Position numbers and translations under genes: made by a program. From Candidatus Omnitrophota bacterium (GTDB taxonomy: Bacteria > Omnitrophota > Gorgyraeia > Pluralincolimonadales > Pluralincolimonadaceae): a stretch of 64,000 bases of DNA. The notes beneath the pieces were generated by a model that worked only from the letters and a program-made list of their open reading frames with translations, did not search any database and was not told the DNA's origin. Shown here in pieces: positions 57,500 through 64,000 of the stretch. The stretch covers positions 77,173 through 141,172 of the forward strand of contig JBAZJG010000001.1 of NCBI GenBank assembly GCA_041651455.1. The letters run 5' to 3'. Each line of letters starts with the position of its first letter. Within the stretch, counting starts at the first letter, position 1.

Positions 57500-58977
57500 T
57501 ATTCATCAACCCGTCGCTCGCGCAGGACGGGGGCAAATGCGACGAAGTGCTGTTCCCGTTCGCCGCCATCATGCTGCTCGCGACGATCCTCGATAAGTCG
57601 GGATACGATGTCACGATCATCGACGGCAATATGTATACGTCGGCGGAATGCATCGAAAAGGTCCGCGCGGCGGTAAACGAGAACACGGTCTTCGCGGGTT
57701 TTTCCGTGATGACCTCGCAGGTCAAATGGGCTTATGAAGTTGCCGGCGCGCTCAAGAAGTCGCATCCGGCCCTTAAGATAGTGTGGGGAGGGGTGCACGC
57801 GACTTTATACCCGGAACAGACGGTTGCGGACCCGCTCATAGACATCATAGCCGTCAATGAGGCGTGCAGTTCGATAGCGATGCTAGCGGAGGCGCTGAGG
57901 AACGGCGGTGATCTCTCGAACGTGCCCGGCATATATTTCAAGAAGGACGGAAAAACGATAAAGAACGCGCCGTACCTGCCGGATGACATCACGAAGATCC
58001 CGCAGATAGATTTCTCGCTCTTCGATGCGCTCCGCTACGCCAGGAACAACCTGCTCCCGAAGGCATACGACCTCCCGCTCAAGGATGCAGTGATGATGCC
58101 TATAATCACGGGGCTCGGATGCGCCTACAAATGTTCGTTCTGCATAAACGTCATCCTGAACAGGAAATACCGGTATATGGAAGCGAAGGAGATAGTCGAC
58201 AGGATAGAATTCCTGCAGAAGGAATACGGAGCGAACTTCTTCCAGCTGCTCGACGAGGACTTCTTCATAAACAAGAAGAGGACGATGGATTTCATCGAGC
58301 TTGTCGAGAAGAGGGGGCTCAAGTTCTATTTCAGGCCGTGGATGCGCGTATCGTATTTCAGGGACAATTACATTTCGGAAGAGGTCGCGAAACGGCTCGA
58401 GAAGATAGGCATGGTCACGGCGGTGATGGGGGCCGAGTGCGGCTCGCAGGCGATGCTGGATAAGATACATAAGCAGATAAAAGTGGAAGACACGGTGAAC
58501 GCGGCAAGGACTCTCTCGAAGACGAGGATCGTGCCGAGATATTCGATGATGGTAGGGCTTCCCGGCGAGACGAAGGATGACATACTGGCGACCTACCGGC
58601 TCGCGCTGAAATTGAAGGATATAGACCGCAGGTCGGACATACCGATACTCAGTTTTGCCGCATATCCCGGTTCGCCGATATACAGCGAAGCGGTCAGGAA
58701 ATACGACCTGAAGGAGCCCGGCAGTCTTGCGGAATGGGCGGTCCTCGACTTCTCGGGTTTCCTAGGTTTCTATTCCGCGCAGGGCAAGCCGTGGATATTC
58801 GACAGGAAGATATTCGAGAGGATGAACAATTATTACAATATCGGTTTCCAGTTCTCTCCGAGGAAGACATTGCGCAACAAAGTGCTCTACCCGTTGCTGA
58901 GGTCGCTGATCAGGTTCAGGTTCATTACGGGATGGTTCGGGTTCCCTGTCGAGGAGTTCATACTCGGATGCCGTTAA
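57481..58977 (+). CDS. B12-binding (class B) radical SAM protein
   Basis: An N-terminal B12-binding fold and the motif CAYKCSFC are present. Confidence 0.75.
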   Translation: MQKPGVIFINPSLAQDGGKCDEVLFPFAAIMLLATILDKSGYDVTIIDGNMYTSAECIEKVRAAVNENTVFAGFSVMTSQVKWAYEVAGALKKSHPALKIVWGGVHATLYPEQTVADPLIDIIAVNEACSSIAMLAEALRNGGDLSNVPGIYFKKDGKTIKNAPYLPDDITKIPQIDFSLFDALRYARNNLLPKAYDLPLKDAVMMPIITGLGCAYKCSFCINVILNRKYRYMEAKEIVDRIEFLQKEYGANFFQLLDEDFFINKKRTMDFIELVEKRGLKFYFRPWMRVSYFRDNYISEEVAKRLEKIGMVTAVMGAECGSQAMLDKIHKQIKVEDTVNAARTLSKTRIVPRYSMMVGLPGETKDDILATYRLALKLKDIDRRSDIPILSFAAYPGSPIYSEAVRKYDLKEPGSLAEWAVLDFSGFLGFYSAQGKPWIFDRKIFERMNNYYNIGFQFSPRKTLRNKVLYPLLRSLIRFRFITGWFGFPVEEFILGCR

Positions 58978-60404
58978 CCGCTTCCACGAAAAGGTTGGTA
59001 GAGGAATGCGCGGGTTTGAACGCACGGACCGCGGGACGGCTCGGACCCGGGCTCGGATTCCTTGTATGGGCCTCCCCGACGGCATACAGGGACCCGGAAG
59101 ACACAAAACTCTGGCATCCGGTATATCTTGAAAAGCCGGTTGCGTATAAGCTTCCCGCGCTTTGCTACCTGTACCTGCGTTATGCGCTAATAGGGATGAT
59201 AAGGTGCTTCGCTTACAGGGGTTTCTCCTACGCATACAGGGAGAAAAGCGCGCCGGTGCTTATCGTGATGGCTGAGGAGATAACGGACCATTCGCAGGAG
59301 TTCAGGACCGATTATATAATCGAAGATACTTCGCATCAGGAAGATAAACTCGTCTTCTCGCGGACAAAAAACATCGGAAAGAACTATACTGCGCTGGGCT
59401 TATGGAAGAAGATAATGATCGGAGAAAAGCTGGAAATGTCGCTGATAGCCGATTTCATCCAAAGATTACTGGCAGGACGCCTGAGCATTGCATACCTGGA
59501 ATCGCTGGCAATATTCCACAGGTGGGTGATATCTTATTCGTGGTGTTTTCATTATGATTTCTACATGCTGGTGCATAAGGTGTTAAGCCGCGAACCTGCG
59601 GAATACCGTTCGGTATTCGTACCGCATGAGATGCATTTCTATTCGAGGATGGTCTGGAAAGCGGCTAAAGCGCTGGATGTAAAAGGCATTACCGCGCAGC
59701 ACGCGATGATATTGCCCGAGAAGCTGTGGTATTTCCCCGAGGCCGCCGAAGTAAAGGCCGGATGCGCCCTTCCGGATATATTCTATGTTTACAGCGAAGG
59801 GACTAAAGCCCTCCTAGGCAGGTATTACCCGGGCACGGACCTACGCCTTTGCTGCAGCCCGAGGTTCAGGAAATGGAAGGACTCCGGGCGGTTGGACAGG
59901 TCGCGCGCCGATGCGGTAACGTTCGTATGCGGGATAATGGAGTACGACACCGCGATAATCGTGAAGGCTGCAAAGGCATTGCTTGCGGAGGAATATAAGG
60001 ATAAGAGGAAGATCAGGCTTCGGCTGCATCCCGCCGGTATAATAGGCAGGGCGCAGAGGGAATGGATAAAAGCGGCTTCCGGGGCGGTCTCGGTAGAGCT
60101 GTCGAAAGTGCCGCTTAAGGAGGAGTTTGAGCTGTCGAGGCTGATAATAGGTTCGAATTCCGCGGTTCTGCAGGAGGCGGTGCTTTCGGGCGTGCCGGCG
60201 CTCGCCCTCACAAGCGGGGAATATATATGCGCGTCCGTCCTTCCCGATGAAGATAAATGGACCATAGACGTATCGCGGTTATCATGGAAACGGGTAGAAG
60301 AGCAATCCGCCAGGACGCCGGACCAGGACACGACACGCCGGTTCAGGGCAAACATGGGGCTCGATAACCCGGACCTGACCACGGCAACGGTGGCCGCGGC
60401 ATGA
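58968..60404 (+). CDS. Hypothetical 478-aa protein (candidate transferase). The ATG at 58968 overlaps the upstream stop, and the track start at 58734 is rejected.
   Basis: It is an in-operon ORF with no confidently recognised motif. Confidence 0.3.
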   Translation: MPLTASTKRLVEECAGLNARTAGRLGPGLGFLVWASPTAYRDPEDTKLWHPVYLEKPVAYKLPALCYLYLRYALIGMIRCFAYRGFSYAYREKSAPVLIVMAEEITDHSQEFRTDYIIEDTSHQEDKLVFSRTKNIGKNYTALGLWKKIMIGEKLEMSLIADFIQRLLAGRLSIAYLESLAIFHRWVISYSWCFHYDFYMLVHKVLSREPAEYRSVFVPHEMHFYSRMVWKAAKALDVKGITAQHAMILPEKLWYFPEAAEVKAGCALPDIFYVYSEGTKALLGRYYPGTDLRLCCSPRFRKWKDSGRLDRSRADAVTFVCGIMEYDTAIIVKAAKALLAEEYKDKRKIRLRLHPAGIIGRAQREWIKAASGAVSVELSKVPLKEEFELSRLIIGSNSAVLQEAVLSGVPALALTSGEYICASVLPDEDKWTIDVSRLSWKRVEEQSARTPDQDTTRRFRANMGLDNPDLTTATVAAA

Positions 60405-61330
60405 GACCGCTGGTCAGCGTCCAGGTCTGTTGTTACAATTCTGAAAAGTATCTAGCACAGACGCTCGAGAGCGTAGCGGCCCAGACGTTCAAGGGATGGG
60501 AGCTTGTGATCGTAAACGACGGTTCCACGGACGGGACCGAAGCGATAGTGGACGGTTTCGTGAAGAAGGGCCTGCCGATAACCTACCACAGCCAGCCAAA
60601 CAGCGGTTTCGCGGCCGCGAGGAACAGGGCGGTAGGGTTGTCGAAAGGCGATTGGATAGCAATACTCGACCACGACGATGTATGGAAGCCGGAAAAGCTT
60701 GACGTTCAGCTTAAAGCGGCCGAAAAATACCCGAAAGCGAAACTGCACTTCTCCAACTCGGAATGGTTCACCGACGACGGGAAGATAGCGAGGAATACGA
60801 TAGAGGACGGCAGGTTCTGCTCCGGCATAATAAAGGAGCCCTTCACTGCGTTGCTGTCCGAGGGTTGTTTCATAGACAGCGAGACGGCGCTGATAGACAA
60901 AAAGACGCTTGAAGCCCTCGGCGGTTTCAACGAGAAATACAAGTATATCGTGGATTACGACATGTTCCTAAGGATAGCGAAGCAGGACGCTGTCTGCTAT
61001 GAGGATAAGGTGCTTGCGGGATGGCGTATGCACCCGTCGCAGGCGACGAAGAAGCTTGAAGAGGAGATGACGAGGGAGTATATCGACCTTTTTGAGAAGG
61101 CGCTGAAGGAGAGCGGCCTGCCGGCGGAAGTAAAAGAGAAGGTGAAGAAGTCGATAGTTTACCACCTCAGCAACTACTCGCTTCTCATGCTGAAGAAGGA
61201 GGGAAAGAAGGCGTTCCTGCGCACGCTGCTTGGCGGGATAAGGAAGAGGCCGATGAGCCCTCACACGTACCTGAAGACGCTGCATACGTTCTGCAGGGCG
61301 TATATGGGCGAGGACGTATCGTCAAGATGA
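60401..61330 (+). CDS. GT2 family glycosyltransferase
   Basis: VSVQVCCYNSEKYL...LVIVNDGSTDGT and DHDD are present. Confidence 0.75.
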   Translation: MRPLVSVQVCCYNSEKYLAQTLESVAAQTFKGWELVIVNDGSTDGTEAIVDGFVKKGLPITYHSQPNSGFAAARNRAVGLSKGDWIAILDHDDVWKPEKLDVQLKAAEKYPKAKLHFSNSEWFTDDGKIARNTIEDGRFCSGIIKEPFTALLSEGCFIDSETALIDKKTLEALGGFNEKYKYIVDYDMFLRIAKQDAVCYEDKVLAGWRMHPSQATKKLEEEMTREYIDLFEKALKESGLPAEVKEKVKKSIVYHLSNYSLLMLKKEGKKAFLRTLLGGIRKRPMSPHTYLKTLHTFCRAYMGEDVSSR

Positions 61331-62835
61331 AGGTGCTGTTCATAAATTTCAATATCGGCTCCACACCGGGGATCAATAACGGTATCGCATGCCTATCTGC
61401 CGTCCTGAAGGAGAAAGGCCACAGCACGGCCCTGATATTCCTCTGCGAGCAGCTGGGTTACGGCTTCGACCCGGACAGGATAAAGAAGGACATATTGTCC
61501 GAGGCGCCCGATATCATAGGGCTGTCGCTTATAGAGACGCAGCTTAAGTATGCCAGGAAACTGATGGAAGGGCTCAGGGACTATTATAAGGGCATCGTCG
61601 TATGCGGCGGGCCGTACCCGACGATGGACCCGGAAGGCTGCCTCGCGATAGATGGCGTCGACGCCGTATGCGTCGGAGAGGGAGAGGACGCGCTCGCCGA
61701 ACTTGCCGAAGCGGTAGAGTCCGGCAGGAAGTACGACGGCATAAGGAACATATGGGTAAGGAAGGGCAATGCGGTCATAAAGAACAAGCTGCGGCCGTTC
61801 AAGAGCTTGTATGACCTGCCTCCGGACGATAAGGAGCTCTTTGACCTGGACAGTATACTGCCGCTGAAGAATTACCAGCTCGAGACGATGATAGGCAGGG
61901 GCTGCGTATACCAGTGCAGTTACTGCATAAACGACTCTTATGTGAGGAAATACCGCGATCTTTGCGAACGCAAGGTCGGGCTCAACGATTACATAAGGTT
62001 CAAGGACGCCGGCAGGGCGGCCGCGGAGATAAAGGATACTGTTACGAAACATCCGCAGATAAAGAAGATAGCTTTTATAGATGATAATTTCATAACCGAC
62101 GAGAAATACCTCGCCAAATTATGCGGGGAATATAAAAAGACCGTGGACCTGCCTTTCATGTGCAACGTAAACCCCGCATCCTATAACGAAAGGAAGGCGA
62201 GGATACTGAAAGAGTCCGGGTGCGATGACGTGAGGTTCGGCATCGAGAGCGGCAGCGAGCGCGTCAAGAAAGAGGTAATGAAACGCCCCGTCCCGAACAG
62301 GAGCGTATTGGAGGCCTTCAGGATAAATAAAGAGCTGGATATGATGACCAGCTCATTCAATATGATAGGGCTTCCGACGGAGACGAAAGAGGAGGTCCTC
62401 GAGACGCTGAAGCTCAACGCGCGGATAATGCCGGACACGGTGAAGGTCATGACTTTCTACCCGTTCAAGAACACGCCGATTTACGGGTTCTGCGAGGAGC
62501 TCGGGCTTATCGATACGGAAGCGAAGGAAGAGCTAGATAATTACGATACGTTCACGTGCCTGAAGTTTCCCGATGAGTACCGCCTGTTTCTGAGGAAAAT
62601 GCAGGTCTGCTTCAACTGGTACCTGAACAGCATGCTGGGAAATGAGGCGTCCGGGGCGTACAGGGAGCTCGTGGAGAAGGCGGAGGGCATGTCCGGCGCG
62701 GAATGGGACGGCTATGATTTTTGCGCGGAGGACAGGAAGATATCCGATTTTATGAAGGCGAAGAAACTGGCGCATTACACGAAATATATGAACAGGAGCC
62801 TCGCGGTCAAATGGCCGAGCAGGCACCTGGAATGA
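61327..62835 (+). CDS. B12-binding (class B) radical SAM protein
   Basis: An N-terminal B12-binding fold (VLFINFNIGS...CGGPYPT) and the motif CVYQCSYC are present. Confidence 0.75.
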   Translation: MKVLFINFNIGSTPGINNGIACLSAVLKEKGHSTALIFLCEQLGYGFDPDRIKKDILSEAPDIIGLSLIETQLKYARKLMEGLRDYYKGIVVCGGPYPTMDPEGCLAIDGVDAVCVGEGEDALAELAEAVESGRKYDGIRNIWVRKGNAVIKNKLRPFKSLYDLPPDDKELFDLDSILPLKNYQLETMIGRGCVYQCSYCINDSYVRKYRDLCERKVGLNDYIRFKDAGRAAAEIKDTVTKHPQIKKIAFIDDNFITDEKYLAKLCGEYKKTVDLPFMCNVNPASYNERKARILKESGCDDVRFGIESGSERVKKEVMKRPVPNRSVLEAFRINKELDMMTSSFNMIGLPTETKEEVLETLKLNARIMPDTVKVMTFYPFKNTPIYGFCEELGLIDTEAKEELDNYDTFTCLKFPDEYRLFLRKMQVCFNWYLNSMLGNEASGAYRELVEKAEGMSGAEWDGYDFCAEDRKISDFMKAKKLAHYTKYMNRSLAVKWPSRHLE

Positions 62836-62860
62836 GCGCAGAAAAAAAGAGAGGTGCCGA

Positions 62861-63805
62861 ATGAAGATAAGCGTGGTCATACCCGTATATCAGGGAGGCC
62901 GTTCCGTGGGCAGGCTGGTCGATGAGCTTGTCAGGAACCTGCACGGGAAAGACGGCCTCGAAATCGTGCTTGTCAACGACGGTTCCACCGATAACAGCCA
63001 CGAGGAATGCCTTGCGGCGTTCAGGAAGCACATGTCTATAGTCAAATATACGAAGTTAGCGAAAAATTTCGGGGAGCATAACGCGGTCCTTGCGGGATTG
63101 AACGAGGCGTCGGGGGACTATGCAGTGATAATCGACGACGATTTCCAGAACCCGCCCGAAGAGATAAGGAAGATGGTCGATAAGGCCGTAGAGGGCGGTT
63201 ATGACGTCGTCTACAGCTATTACGACAGGAAGCGCCACTCGTTATTAAGGAACCTCGGCAGCAGCTTCAACGACCTCGTCGCGCGGTACCTGCTCGATAA
63301 ACCGAAGGACCTCTACCTCTCGAGCTTCAAATGCCTAAACAGGTTCACCGTGGGCGAGATAATAAAGTACAAGGGGCCGTATCCCTACATAGACGGGCTG
63401 GTGCTCAGGACGACCCGGAACATAGGCAAGGTGCTCGTAAAGCACGACAAGAGGAGGGAGGGCCGCTCCGGTTATACGCTTAGGAGGCTCATAAGGCTAT
63501 GGCTTAACATGTTCGTGAATTTCTCGGTCTATCCGTTGAGGGTCAGTACGTTCATCGGGTTCATATTCTTCCTGATAGGGGCCGTATTGAGCTTGCAGGC
63601 GGTCATCGAGCGGCTGGTCAACCCGTCGGTCCCCATGGGGATAACATCGATATTTGTCGCAATACTAATGTTCTCGGGATTACAGATGCTCATGCTGGGA
63701 GTCATAGGGGAATACCTGGGCAAGCAGTTCATGGCCAATAACCAGACGCCGCAATATGTCATACGGGAAACGCACGCCGCTAAAAAAGAGGAAGGTGGCA
63801 GATGA
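62861..63805 (+). CDS. GT2 polyprenyl-phosphate sugar synthase (ArnC/GtrB/DPM1-like), with two C-terminal TM helices
   Basis: ISVVIPVYQGG...LVNDGSTDNS and DDDFQNPPE are followed by a C-terminal membrane anchor. Confidence 0.75.
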   Translation: MKISVVIPVYQGGRSVGRLVDELVRNLHGKDGLEIVLVNDGSTDNSHEECLAAFRKHMSIVKYTKLAKNFGEHNAVLAGLNEASGDYAVIIDDDFQNPPEEIRKMVDKAVEGGYDVVYSYYDRKRHSLLRNLGSSFNDLVARYLLDKPKDLYLSSFKCLNRFTVGEIIKYKGPYPYIDGLVLRTTRNIGKVLVKHDKRREGRSGYTLRRLIRLWLNMFVNFSVYPLRVSTFIGFIFFLIGAVLSLQAVIERLVNPSVPMGITSIFVAILMFSGLQMLMLGVIGEYLGKQFMANNQTPQYVIRETHAAKKEEGGR

Positions 63806-64000
63806 AAAGACGCATGCCGGACGGGTTCTTCCGCGGAAAGAACGTGCTGATAACCGGGGGTATGGGTTTTGTGGGCAGCAACCTCGCCATAGCTCTCGTA
63901 TCTAAAGGAGCCAAGGTAACGCTTGTCGACTCGATGGTAAGGGATACGGGAGGCAACCTTTTCAACATTAAGGATATCGCCGAGAAAGTCCTCATCAACT
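63802..64000 (+). CDS. NAD-dependent epimerase/dehydratase, 3'-truncated by the window end
   Basis: VLITGGMGFVGSNLA is present, and the ATG at 63802 overlaps the upstream TGA. Confidence 0.65.
   Translation, partial: MKRRMPDGFFRGKNVLITGGMGFVGSNLAIALVSKGAKVTLVDSMVRDTGGNLFNIKDIAEKVLIN

Noticed and set aside
1-64000. CRISPR arrays, IS elements, transposases or integrases
   Set aside because: No direct-repeat/spacer periodicity and no transposase or integrase-like ORFs were seen. The compositional islands are bounded by ordinary genes.

Overview
This 64 kb window comes from a Gram-negative genome: LptD and the Kdo/CMP-Kdo genes are present, and the core GC content is high, around 58% by eye. 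Every gene I can support lies on the + strand. No tRNA, rRNA, CRISPR array or transposase was recognised. The window has four parts:
1. 1..3360 is the 3' portion of a visibly AT-rich, 5'-truncated NACHT/STAND-type P-loop NTPase (Walker A GGGKT, Walker B IIDGLNE). It abuts the GC-rich core abruptly at about 3400..3480 and is a horizontally acquired, defence-like candidate.
2. 3483..12538 is a housekeeping block: miaB-miaA-hflX, then hrcA-grpE-dnaK-dnaJ preceded by a sigma70-like promoter and a perfect CIRCE operator. The miaB ORF runs in-frame, with no stop codon, into a signal-peptide/TPR/SPOR module.
3. 12540..22356 holds a VanZ-like protein, a DUF1015 protein, accD, an orphan MalK-like ABC ATPase, two tandem TM-GAF-GGDEF diguanylate cyclases, a ROK kinase and lptD.
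4. From 22373 to beyond the window end (more than 41 kb) runs one very large glycan-biosynthesis super-locus of tightly overlapping genes.
   - The first operon carries ugd, the dTDP-rhamnose genes (RmlC-like cupin, rmlA, rmlB, rmlD), a WbpA-like UDP-HexNAc dehydrogenase, an epimerase, an aminotransferase and a UXS-like decarboxylase.
   - An internal regulatory module follows: a promoter, a wHTH regulator and a NusG-paralog (UpxY/RfaH-like) antiterminator.
   - The second operon has WbpE/WbpB/WbpD-like enzymes for a 2,3-diacetamido uronic acid.
   - Inside it sits a roughly 12 kb lower-GC cassette: Wzm/Wzt ABC exporter, an SGNH hydrolase, two radical-SAM/SPASM enzymes, a cytidylyltransferase-methyltransferase fusion, and NeuB-like synthase + KdsC-like phosphatase + cytidylyltransferase + TylF-like O-methyltransferase.
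   - A GC-rich tail follows with an Ldh2-family dehydrogenase, three B12-binding (class B) radical-SAM enzymes, two more cytidylyltransferases (one fused to a GT2), KdsB, an aldolase-TIM/GT42-like fusion, large hypothetical candidate transferases, and GT2 glycosyltransferases.

The most unusual feature is the density of five radical-SAM enzymes, five cytidylyltransferase domains and three SAM methyltransferases in one ABC-transporter-dependent glycan locus. It looks like a pathway for a heavily (C-/O-)methylated, possibly anaerobically tailored, ulosonic-acid-containing glycan that has not been described as such.
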